Source: an uncultured Clostridia bacterium (lineage in GTDB: Bacteria > Bacillota > Clostridia > Oscillospirales > SIG627). From it: 63,666 nucleotides of DNA. The notes beneath the pieces are model-generated. The model saw nothing but the letters and a program-made list of their open reading frames with translations. It had not been told where the DNA came from and made no database searches. The stretch lies in NCBI GenBank assembly GCA_946645685.1, contig CAMPCJ010000002.1, forward strand, positions 1-63,666, read 5' to 3'. Of this stretch, positions 35,484-43,674 are shown piece by piece; position 1 is the stretch's first letter; each line of letters opens with the position of its first letter. The translations under genes and the position numbers were made by a program.

Positions 35484-37319
35484 ATGTGCGGAATCATTGG
35501 ATATACCGGCGAGGAGGAAGCCGTCGAGCTTTTATTAAATGGGTTAAAGGCCCTGGAATACCGCGGATATGACTCAGCCGGGATCGCCTTGTCTAAAGGG
35601 AGCGAGATCATTGTTGAAAAATCCCAGGGAAAGATCTCACAATTGGAAAGAAAGATAGAGGGTGAGAATAAGGATCTGTCATCTCACTGCGGGATCGGTC
35701 ATACAAGATGGGCGACCCACGGGAAGCCGAATGACATCAATTCACATCCCCACGCCACGGAAAATCTTGCCCTGGTTCACAACGGTATTATCGAAAACTA
35801 TGCCGAATTGAAGAAATTTTTAGAGAAAAACGAGCATTACACGTTTGAATCCGAAACGGATACGGAAGTTGCCGCAAAACTGATCGACTGCTTTTACCGG
35901 GTCACTCGTGACCCGTTCCGAGCTATTGCGGAAGCTCTTAAGCTTTTGCGGGGATCCTGGGCATTCGGTGTTATCTTCAAAGATGATCCCGGCGTGATCT
36001 ATGCGACGCGGAAAGACAGCCCGCTGATTTGCGCTTTAGATGAAAAAGGAAACTTCATTGCTTCCGATATTCCTGCCGTATTGAAGAGAACAAACCGGTA
36101 TTATACGCTGGAAGAAGGAGAGATCGCCCTGGTTTGCGCCGACAAGGTGAAGATCTTCGATATGGATAAGCGCCCCGTCAAAAAAGAAATCAAAGAAGCG
36201 GACTGGGACGTTGAGGCCGCGGAAAAAGGGAACTACCCTCATTTTATGCTCAAAGAGATCTTCGAGCAGCCCACTGTCATTCGTAAAACCGTATCGCCCC
36301 GCGTAAAGGACGGTTTGCCCCAGCTCGGCATTCCGAAGTTGACGGATGAGACGCTGAAGCGTTTTAAACGCCTGATCATCGTGGGGTGCGGCACCGCGAT
36401 GCACGCCGGTATGGTGGGAAAAACCGTTATTGAAAAACTGGCGCGGATCCCCGTCCAGGTGGAGATCGCTTCGGAGTTTCGCTATAGCGACCCCATTTTG
36501 GAAGAAAACGACTTGATCATCGTCATTTCTCAATCCGGTGAAACGGCGGATACGCTTGCCGCACTGCGATTGGCGAAGGAAAAGGGATGCAAGACGATGG
36601 CGGTCGTAAACGTGGTCGGATCGTCCATTGCACGGGAAGCGGATTTTGTCTTCTATACCTGGGCGGGTCCCGAGATCGCCGTGGCAAGCACAAAGGCGTA
36701 TACCGTGCAGATCTGCGCTATGTATTTGCTGACGCTCCGCTTGTGTCTGATCCACAATTCTTTGCCGCTTGTGCAGGTCAAAAAGCTCACGGAAGAATTG
36801 CTGGATAAAATGCCGGTGCTGGTGCAGGAGACCATAGACAGAAGCGGTGAGATCCGAAAGATCGCAAATCGTTTTCGCAGTGTCGAAGATCTTTTCTTTA
36901 TCGGACGAGGGATCGATTATTCTCTTTCAATGGAGGGCTCATTAAAGCTGAAGGAGATCTCCTACGTTCACAGCGAAGCTTATGCCGCCGGCGAATTGAA
37001 GCACGGTACCATTTCCCTGATAACGCAGGGCGTCCCTGTTATTTCCGTCGCGACCTGGGACAGTTGTTATGAAAAGATGATTTCCAACGTGAAAGAAGTC
37101 CGGGCAAGAGGCGCGAGTGTGATCATGCTTTGCAAAAAAGGCGCCGCAGCCGCGGACGACGTCTCTGATTTCATCATCGATTTCCCGGAATGCTCGGAAA
37201 TGTTCATGCCGATGCTTGCAGTTCCTTCCATGCAGCTTTTCGCTTACCACATGGCGGTATTTCGCGGGTGCGACGTTGACAAGCCCCGTAATCTTGCAAA
37301 ATCAGTCACAGTTGAATAA
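35484..37319 (+). CDS. glmS: Glutamine--fructose-6-phosphate aminotransferase (isomerising)
   Basis: The N-terminal MCGIIGY follows AAAGGAG. Two SIS domains. C-terminal KPRNLAKSVTVE. The track ORF start 35373 was rejected. Confidence 0.95.
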   Translation: MCGIIGYTGEEEAVELLLNGLKALEYRGYDSAGIALSKGSEIIVEKSQGKISQLERKIEGENKDLSSHCGIGHTRWATHGKPNDINSHPHATENLALVHNGIIENYAELKKFLEKNEHYTFESETDTEVAAKLIDCFYRVTRDPFRAIAEALKLLRGSWAFGVIFKDDPGVIYATRKDSPLICALDEKGNFIASDIPAVLKRTNRYYTLEEGEIALVCADKVKIFDMDKRPVKKEIKEADWDVEAAEKGNYPHFMLKEIFEQPTVIRKTVSPRVKDGLPQLGIPKLTDETLKRFKRLIIVGCGTAMHAGMVGKTVIEKLARIPVQVEIASEFRYSDPILEENDLIIVISQSGETADTLAALRLAKEKGCKTMAVVNVVGSSIAREADFVFYTWAGPEIAVASTKAYTVQICAMYLLTLRLCLIHNSLPLVQVKKLTEELLDKMPVLVQETIDRSGEIRKIANRFRSVEDLFFIGRGIDYSLSMEGSLKLKEISYVHSEAYAAGELKHGTISLITQGVPVISVATWDSCYEKMISNVKEVRARGASVIMLCKKGAAAADDVSDFIIDFPECSEMFMPMLAVPSMQLFAYHMAVFRGCDVDKPRNLAKSVTVE

Positions 37320-37320
37320 G

Positions 37321-37356
37321 AACAAGGAAGAGCGCCATAAGGCGCTCTTCCTTGTT
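37321..37356 (+). terminator. Hairpin terminator after glmS
   Basis: AACAAGGAAGAGCGCC-ATAA-GGCGCTCTTCCTTGTT is a perfect 16-bp stem starting 2 nt after the stop. There is no clean T-tract. Confidence 0.6.
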
Positions 37357-37384
37357 GACAAAGAAAAAACCGGTGTGGTATGAT
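37355..37384 (+). promoter_or_regulatory. Sigma-A type promoter (extended -10) for the sirtuin gene
   Basis: TTGACA (37355-37360), 18-nt spacer, TGgTATGAT (-10 at 37379-37384). The -35 overlaps the glmS terminator 3' arm. Confidence 0.55.
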
Positions 37385-37400
37385 CGCAAAAGAACAAAGG

Positions 37401-38168
37401 ATGGTGATAAAGGTGTCTGAATTTAAAGACCGTGAGATCCGACTGTTTCGCTCCTTTCTTGAAACTTCAAAAAACGCCGTCTTTTTCGGCGGTGCAGGCG
37501 TGTCCACGGAAAGCGGCGTACCGGATTTCAGAAGTAAGGACGGTTTGTATAATCAAAGGGACATCCGTTTTGATTCTTATGCGCCGGAATATCTGCTCAG
37601 CCACGAGTGTTTGACGCTTCATCCAAACGTATTCTTTGAATTCTACCGACAAAAGATGGATACCCGCTCCATCGAGCCGAACGAAGCGCATTACGCCCTG
37701 GCGCGATTGGAAAAGGATGGAAAGCTTTCCGCCGTCATCACGCAGAATATCGACGGGCTCCATCAAAAAGCCGGCAGTGAAACCGTTTATGAGATCCACG
37801 GAAGCACAAAAAGAAACTATTGTACCCGATGTCTGAAAGCCTATTCGGCAGATTACATCTTTGAGTCAAAGGAAGAGATCCCACGCTGCACTTGTGGCGG
37901 CTTGATCCGATGCGACGTGACTTTATACGGGGAATCCTTGCCGGAAAAGGCGGTTGAGGGCGCTGTAAACGCGATACAAAAAGCAGATCTTTTGATCATT
38001 GGAGGAACTTCTCTTACCGTCTATCCCGCAGCATCCTTTATCCGATATTTCGGCGGAGACCACCTTGTGGTGATCAACCGCGAACCGCTGAACATCCATC
38101 TCAGAGAGGAACAGGATCTCTTTATTCAAGGTTCGATCGGCGCTTTTTTCAAAGTTGCTTTAAAATAA
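37401..38168 (+). CDS. cobB: NAD-dependent protein deacylase (Sir2 family)
   Basis: FFGGAGVSTESGVPDFRS, TQNIDGLH, IHGS, zinc ribbon CTRC...CTCGG. The start is 37401 (or GTG 37413), because the promoter -10 covers the track start 37380. Confidence 0.85.
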   Translation: MVIKVSEFKDREIRLFRSFLETSKNAVFFGGAGVSTESGVPDFRSKDGLYNQRDIRFDSYAPEYLLSHECLTLHPNVFFEFYRQKMDTRSIEPNEAHYALARLEKDGKLSAVITQNIDGLHQKAGSETVYEIHGSTKRNYCTRCLKAYSADYIFESKEEIPRCTCGGLIRCDVTLYGESLPEKAVEGAVNAIQKADLLIIGGTSLTVYPAASFIRYFGGDHLVVINREPLNIHLREEQDLFIQGSIGAFFKVALK

Positions 38169-38177
38169 GAGTATTGT

Positions 38178-38206
38178 TTGACAAATATCGACTCGGCGTG
38201 TAAAAT
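38178..38206 (+). promoter_or_regulatory. Sigma-A type promoter for the coiled-coil protein gene
   Basis: TTGACA (38178-38183), 17-nt spacer, TAAAAT (38201-38206). Confidence 0.55.
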
Positions 38207-38237
38207 AAGAAAAAAGAGACGGTTTACGGAGGATGGT

Positions 38238-38795
38238 ATGGAAAAGTCCTTTAGAACTTCCATGTTCGGTTTCAACAAAGAAGACGTGGCAAAATATATC
38301 TTTCGGCAGGACAAGGCCTTCGAAAAGAAACTGGAAGAAAAGGAAGCAGCTCTCCAAAAAGCGCAAATAGAAAGAGATGAAGGAGAGAAGGCTTGCGCTG
38401 ATTGGCAGGATAATCTCGCCAAGATCCAAGCGCTTAACGGTCTTTTAGAACAATTCAAAAGCCAAAGCTCCTCTCTCATTTCCGCCATTCAGAGCGAGGA
38501 TACGGACATCAATACCATTGAAAGCAGCTATCACCGTATGGAAAAACGCTGTGAAGAATTAGAAGCCTGCCGGGAAAAAGCGAGTAAATTCGATTCACTC
38601 GCCACAGCCCTTTCCGGTATTTTCGGAAGCGGGATACAAAACGAAGAAAGCAGCCTGTCCGAAAGTGAATGCTCCGATGCAGAACCCGCCTTCCATCAAG
38701 CGAGAATGAGCATTGAAAGCACAAAACATAAAGCAGAAGCTTTGGAAGAAACGGCTCTTGAGATCGAAGCGATCCTTTCCGAACTGAAACTCTGA
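38238..38795 (+). CDS. Hypothetical coiled-coil protein with DivIVA-like N-terminal motif
   Basis: MEKSFRTSMFGFNKEDVAKYI is followed by long heptad-rich acidic sequence. GGAGG sits 5 nt before the ATG at 38238. Confidence 0.45.
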   Translation: MEKSFRTSMFGFNKEDVAKYIFRQDKAFEKKLEEKEAALQKAQIERDEGEKACADWQDNLAKIQALNGLLEQFKSQSSSLISAIQSEDTDINTIESSYHRMEKRCEELEACREKASKFDSLATALSGIFGSGIQNEESSLSESECSDAEPAFHQARMSIESTKHKAEALEETALEIEAILSELKL

Positions 38796-38798
38796 GCC

Positions 38799-39518
38799 AT
38801 GAAGACGGTTTTTATTACGGGAGGAAGCCGTGGGATCGGGAAAGCATCCGTGCATGCTTTTTTGAACGCCGGATGGACGGTAGGATTCAGTTATTGTCAT
38901 TCTGAAAGATCGGCTCTTGAACTGCAAAAAGCCGGAAAAGGGAAGTGCTTTGCGTTCCGATGCGATCTGGCTGAAACAAAAGAAGTGGAACGTCTTGCAA
39001 AGGACGTAAGCGAAACCCTCGGAATTCCGGATGTTTTGGTCAACAACGCCGGCACGTCCGCATACGGCTTGTTTCAGGATCTTTCAGCGGCCGATCTGAT
39101 GGATCTGTTTCAAATCAATTTTCTGAGTATGTACGTACTCGCCGGGAAGCTGGCACCGGGTATGATCTCGCGCAAATCCGGACGTATGATCAATTTAGCG
39201 TCTGTCTGGGGGGAAGTCGGCGCATCCTGTGAAGTGGCTTATTCCGCTTCCAAAGCCGCCGTGATCGGTTTTACAAAGGCTCTTGCGAAAGAGTTGGCGC
39301 CAAGCGGTATATCCGTGAACGCTGTTTCCCCGGGAGTCGTTGATACCGATATGATGGGTCGCTTTTCAAACCAAGAGAAAGAGGAGATCAGCAAGGAGAT
39401 CCCCTTCGGTCGTTTTACGACACCCGACGAGGTTGCGTCGACCATTCTGTATCTCGCTCAAGATGCACCCTCCACACTGACCGGGCAAATCATCGGTGTA
39501 AATGGATGCTATGCATAA
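38799..39518 (+). CDS. SDR-family oxidoreductase (FabG-like)
   Basis: TGGSRGIGKA, NNAG, YSASKAA catalytic motif. Confidence 0.85.
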   Translation: MKTVFITGGSRGIGKASVHAFLNAGWTVGFSYCHSERSALELQKAGKGKCFAFRCDLAETKEVERLAKDVSETLGIPDVLVNNAGTSAYGLFQDLSAADLMDLFQINFLSMYVLAGKLAPGMISRKSGRMINLASVWGEVGASCEVAYSASKAAVIGFTKALAKELAPSGISVNAVSPGVVDTDMMGRFSNQEKEEISKEIPFGRFTTPDEVASTILYLAQDAPSTLTGQIIGVNGCYA

Positions 39519-39546
39519 AAGGGACTGCTGAGCAGTCCCTTTTTTG
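39517..39546. terminator. Bidirectional terminator between the SDR gene and the coat-protein genes
   Basis: AAAAGGGACTGC-TGA-GCAGTCCCTTTTTT. Confidence 0.8.
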
Positions 39547-39816
39547 TCAGCAACAGCTGGCGTCCGATGCAAATTTCTGCTTTGCCTGGGTGATCTTGTT
39601 GTCTTCCGCCGCTTCGGTTTGATACCAGCCGCGTTTGCTCATCTCGGTGAATACTTCGTGCTGAATATCATGCTCTTCCTCCAGAATCCCCATTAAGGTA
39701 TTCTTTACGACCGGATCAGAGGCTTCGTTTGCGAAAGTGTTGTACCCGCTCGTTGCGTTCTTCTGGGTCGTCAGAACATCTGTGATCCGCGTTTGATCCT
39801 GAAACGTACTCTGCAT
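39547..39816 (-). CDS. CotF-like spore coat protein
   Basis: 89 aa. TDVLTTQKNATSGYNTFANEASDPVVKNTL...EEHDIQHEVFTEMSKRGWY is a Coat-F-type helical pattern. Confidence 0.6.
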   Translation of the reverse strand: MQSTFQDQTRITDVLTTQKNATSGYNTFANEASDPVVKNTLMGILEEEHDIQHEVFTEMSKRGWYQTEAAEDNKITQAKQKFASDASCC

Positions 39817-39827
39817 CCCTCTCCTCC

Positions 39828-40013
39828 TTAACCAAGCAAAGCGTAAAGCTTATCGTAATGGGTCTGATGGCGGGCGGCGATCCCCTGGAGCATCCCCTTC
39901 AATTGAGGATCGGTCGTTTCCTCCGCGTAATGAAGGTATTTAGAGATCATTGTTTTTTCCGTAGTCAGCTGATCCTCGATCCCGCCGAGTTCTTTTGTCG
40001 TCAATACTGCCAT
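39828..40013 (-). CDS. Small CotF-associated spore coat protein
   Basis: 61 aa. IEDQLTTEKTMISKYLHYAEETTDPQLKGMLQGIAARHQTHYDKLYALL. Usually paired with the downstream Coat-F gene. Confidence 0.5.
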   Translation of the reverse strand: MAVLTTKELGGIEDQLTTEKTMISKYLHYAEETTDPQLKGMLQGIAARHQTHYDKLYALLG

Positions 40014-40122
40014 GATTTAACCTCGCTCTCTTTTTTGAGGCTGGATCGCCTCACGAGATTAGTATCGGTATTCAAACTTAATACTATTCAGCGTTTTCAA
40101 GGATTTTCTTCCGGTTTTTATG

Positions 40123-40151
40123 TTGACATTTTAACGCCGATATGTTATATT
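40123..40151 (+). promoter_or_regulatory. Sigma-A type promoter for the DeoR/2-oxoacid dehydrogenase operon
   Basis: TTGACA (40123-40128), 17-nt spacer, TATATT (40146-40151). Confidence 0.5.
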
Positions 40152-40208
40152 ATAACAGTAGGTGTTAATTTTAACATTCTATGAAAAGATATTTTATGGG
40201 GTGACGAT

Positions 40209-40976
40209 ATGAATTATTCCAGAAAAATGCTCGTACGCGAGATTCTGGTATCAAAACCGTTTACATCCTTAAAAGAACTGGAAGAGAGATTTCCCGACGT
40301 TTCCAGCATGACGCTTCGCCGGGACATCGAATTCTTTGAAAGCCAGGGCGACGTTATCAAAGTCCGCGGGGGAGCCCGCTCCATGAAGTTTATCACCACC
40401 TCCATGGAGGAAAGCATTACGACCCGCGCAAGTGAGTATACGTTTTCCAAGCAGAAGATCGCGCAAGCCGCTTCGCAGTTTATTGAAACCGGAAGAAGTA
40501 TCTTTTTTGACTCCGGCTCAACTGCCATGCAGCTTGTTTCTTTTTTGCCCACGGCAAGACTTTCCATCAATACTACCGATCCCAATCTTGCTTTGGAGCT
40601 TGTGAAAAAAGAAAATGTGATGGTGAGTCTCGTCGGCGGACTCCTGAGCCGGGATAATCTTTCTCTGTCCGGTATGCAAGCCATCGACTACATCAATAAG
40701 ATCAACATTGACGTGGCGTTTATTTCTCCATCCGGCTTTTCCTTAAAGCACGGATTCACCAGCGGTAATTACAATGAAAGCGAGCTGAAAAGCGCCATTG
40801 TCAGAAAAGCCGCCTGTGTGATCATGCTGGTTCACTCCTCTAAGATCGATAAAGCGCTGCCTTATACATTCTGCGATCTTTCCCAAGTTCAAAAGATCGT
40901 GACAGACCAACCCATTGACGCTGAGATCGCTGAAAAATGCCGTGAAAGCGGTGTAGAAGTGATCGTAGCCAAATAA
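40209..40976 (+). CDS. DeoR/GlpR-family transcriptional regulator
   Basis: N-terminal HTH (LKELEERFPDVSSMTLRRDIEFFESQG) and DeoR C-terminal sensor (IFFDSGSTAMQL, AFISPSG). Confidence 0.85.
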   Translation: MNYSRKMLVREILVSKPFTSLKELEERFPDVSSMTLRRDIEFFESQGDVIKVRGGARSMKFITTSMEESITTRASEYTFSKQKIAQAASQFIETGRSIFFDSGSTAMQLVSFLPTARLSINTTDPNLALELVKKENVMVSLVGGLLSRDNLSLSGMQAIDYINKINIDVAFISPSGFSLKHGFTSGNYNESELKSAIVRKAACVIMLVHSSKIDKALPYTFCDLSQVQKIVTDQPIDAEIAEKCRESGVEVIVAK

Positions 40977-41011
40977 ATTCTCAATTCATTTATTTTTTAG
41001 GAGGTGTTGCA

Positions 41012-42277
41012 ATGGCAACCGCAGTAATCATGCCGCGACAGGGGCAAAGTGTTGAAAGCTGTATCATCACATCCTGGAGCAAAAAAGTCGGCGACGAAGT
41101 CAAGATCGGCGATATTCTGTTCTCCTATGAGACGGATAAGTCCTCGTTCGACGAGGAAGCGCAGGTGGAAGGAACGCTTCTTGCCATTTTCAAAGAAGAA
41201 GGGGAGGACGTACCCTGCCTGGAAAACGTGTGCGTGATCGGTAAACCCGGTGAAGATTTTTCACAATTCGCGCCCAAGGACGAAAGCACGCCCGCTGCCG
41301 CGCCTGCCGCAGCGCCTGCGATGAGCCCGAAAGCGCCGGAAAATACCGCTGCGCCCGTTGCCGCGGAAACCGCTCCCGCCGGCGGAGACAAGATCTCTCC
41401 CCGTGCCAAAAACCTTGCCGCAAAGACCGACGCGGATCTCTCTCGCGTCGTTCCCACCGGTCCCGACGGACGTATCATCGAGCGGGACGTTGAAGCGGCG
41501 CTCGATAAGGGATTTCTCAAAGGCGCTCCCGCCGAGATCGCTCCCGCTGTTGCAGCACCTTCTGCTGCAGCCGCTGTCGAAAACGACTATGAGGACGTTA
41601 AGCTTTCCGGTGTTCGCAAAGTGATTGCCCGCTCCATGCACGATTCTTTGTCCACCATGGCTCAGCTTACGCTGAACGCATCTTTTGACGCTACCAAAAT
41701 CATGGCTTACAGAGCTTCCTTGAAGCAGGGCGCCGAAGGAATGGGGCTTGCCAATATCACCTTGAATGATCTGGTCTTGTTCGCCGTTTCACGTACCATC
41801 CTTGAACATAAGGATCTGAACGCTCATTTCCTGGATGATAAAATGCGTCTGTTCAACCACGTCAATCTCGGCATAGCCGTGGATACCGACAGAGGTCTGC
41901 TCGTTCCCACACTGCCTTGCGCGGAAAAGCTCTCTTTGAACGAGCTTTCCCTTCAGGCTAAAGGGCTCATTACCGAAGCGCAGAGCGGCAAGATCAGCCC
42001 GGACAAGCTTTCAGGCGCGTCCTTTACGGTGACTAATCTGGGCTCCTTGGGCGTTGAAAGCTTTACCCCTGTCATCAACCCGCCTCAGACCGGCATCCTG
42101 GGTGTTTGCACCATTACCCGCCGAGTCAAAACAACGCCCAACGGCGACGTGAGTTATCCTGCAATGGGTCTCTCCCTCACCTTTGATCACAGAGCTGTGG
42201 ACGGCGCTCCTGCCGCTAAGTTTTTGAAAGCTCTTTGCTTCAATTTGGAACACTTTGATCTTTTGCTTGCCAAATAA
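41012..42277 (+). CDS. Dihydrolipoamide acyltransferase (E2) of a 2-oxoacid dehydrogenase complex
   Basis: Lipoyl domain with YETDKSSF. Ala/Pro linker. E3-binding domain SPRAKNLAAKTDADLSRVVPTGPDGRIIERDV. Catalytic LTFDHRAVDGA. Confidence 0.9.
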   Translation: MATAVIMPRQGQSVESCIITSWSKKVGDEVKIGDILFSYETDKSSFDEEAQVEGTLLAIFKEEGEDVPCLENVCVIGKPGEDFSQFAPKDESTPAAAPAAAPAMSPKAPENTAAPVAAETAPAGGDKISPRAKNLAAKTDADLSRVVPTGPDGRIIERDVEAALDKGFLKGAPAEIAPAVAAPSAAAAVENDYEDVKLSGVRKVIARSMHDSLSTMAQLTLNASFDATKIMAYRASLKQGAEGMGLANITLNDLVLFAVSRTILEHKDLNAHFLDDKMRLFNHVNLGIAVDTDRGLLVPTLPCAEKLSLNELSLQAKGLITEAQSGKISPDKLSGASFTVTNLGSLGVESFTPVINPPQTGILGVCTITRRVKTTPNGDVSYPAMGLSLTFDHRAVDGAPAAKFLKALCFNLEHFDLLLAK

Positions 42278-42291
42278 GGAGGAATAAGAGT

Positions 42292-43647
42292 ATGTATGAT
42301 CTGATCGTAATCGGCGGCGGTCCCGGCGGCTACAATGCCGCTGAAAAAGCCGCCGCAAAAGGGTTTAAAACCTGCGTGGTGGAAAATCGTGAGCTGGGTG
42401 GTACCTGCCTGAATGAAGGCTGCATTCCCACGAAGACTTTGCTGTATTCCGCGAAGATCTACGATTATGCCAAACACAGCGCCGAATACGGCGTCACTTT
42501 CTCCGGCGCCGCCATTGACCACGCGAAGATCATTGATCGCAAGAACAAGGTCGTGAAAACGCTTGTGGGCGGGGTTGGAATGACGCTGAAAAAGCTCGGT
42601 GTCGACGTTATTCGCGCCACAGCCGCAATCACCGGAAAAACCGCCGATGGCTTTGCCGTTCAGGCGGGAGAAGAGAAGTTGGAGGGCAAGCGCCTTTTGA
42701 TCTGCACTGGCTCTGTGGCAACTCTTCCTCCCATCGACGGCTTAAAGGATTCCCTTGCCAACGGCTTTGCCGTGACTAACAGAGAAATTCTGGATATGAA
42801 GGAAGTTCCGCAAACGCTTCTGGTTGTCGGCGGCGGCGTTATTGGCCTGGAAATGGTCAGCTACTTCAATTCCATCGGGTCGAAAGTGGTCGTGCTCGAA
42901 ATGATGGATCATATCGCCGGCCCTACTGATCGCGAGATCTCCGATCTTTTGAAAAAAGAGTATGAGAAACGCGGCGTTCAGTTTATTCTGGGCGCGAAAG
43001 TAACTTCCATCAAGGACGGCAAGATCACCTATGAACTCGACGGCAAGATCAATGAGATCAAAGGTGATAAAGCCCTCGTTTCCATCGGCCGCCGTGCCAA
43101 TACCCAGGGGCTTGGTCTGGAGGAGATCGGCGTTACGCTCAATCGCGGCGCCGTCGTAACGGATGAATACTGCAAGACCAGCGTTCCCGGTATCTGGGCT
43201 GCGGGCGACGTCAACGGCAAAATCATGCTCGCCCACACCGCTTACAGAGAAGGCGAAGTCGCCGTTACCAATATGTTCGGCGGCACGGATCGCGTGGATT
43301 ACAACTCCATTCCTTCCGTGATTTATACCAATCCGGAAGTCGCCGCGGTTGGTGAAACCACCGAATCTGCGAAAGCGAAAGGATTGAACGTGGAGATCAA
43401 GAAGATCCCGCTTAGCTATTCCGGCCGCTATCTTGCGGAAAATGAAGGCGGTAAGGGCATTATGAAAGTCATCGTGGACAAAGATCACAACAAGATTCTC
43501 GGCTTCCACATGATCGGCACCTACGCCTCGGAAATGATCTACGGCCTTGCCATTATGGTCGGCAAAGAAATGCGGCTTGCCGAGATCCAGAAATTCGTAT
43601 TTCCCCATCCCACGGTCGGCGAAGCCTTCCGTGAAGGGATCTTTTAA
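42292..43647 (+). CDS. lpdA: Dihydrolipoyl dehydrogenase (E3)
   Basis: VIGGGPGGY, redox disulfide GGTCLNEGCIPTK, second GGGVIGLE fold, C-terminal HPTVGEA. Confidence 0.92.
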   Translation: MYDLIVIGGGPGGYNAAEKAAAKGFKTCVVENRELGGTCLNEGCIPTKTLLYSAKIYDYAKHSAEYGVTFSGAAIDHAKIIDRKNKVVKTLVGGVGMTLKKLGVDVIRATAAITGKTADGFAVQAGEEKLEGKRLLICTGSVATLPPIDGLKDSLANGFAVTNREILDMKEVPQTLLVVGGGVIGLEMVSYFNSIGSKVVVLEMMDHIAGPTDREISDLLKKEYEKRGVQFILGAKVTSIKDGKITYELDGKINEIKGDKALVSIGRRANTQGLGLEEIGVTLNRGAVVTDEYCKTSVPGIWAAGDVNGKIMLAHTAYREGEVAVTNMFGGTDRVDYNSIPSVIYTNPEVAAVGETTESAKAKGLNVEIKKIPLSYSGRYLAENEGGKGIMKVIVDKDHNKILGFHMIGTYASEMIYGLAIMVGKEMRLAEIQKFVFPHPTVGEAFREGIF

Positions 43648-43674
43648 CGATTATTTGAAAGGAGCAAAAACACA

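Noticed and set aside
37401-38168. Sir2-domain protein as a possible defence (SIR2 effector) gene.
   Set aside because: It has the full canonical sirtuin deacylase layout with a Cys4 zinc ribbon and standard length. It has no partner genes and sits in housekeeping context after glmS, which fits CobB.
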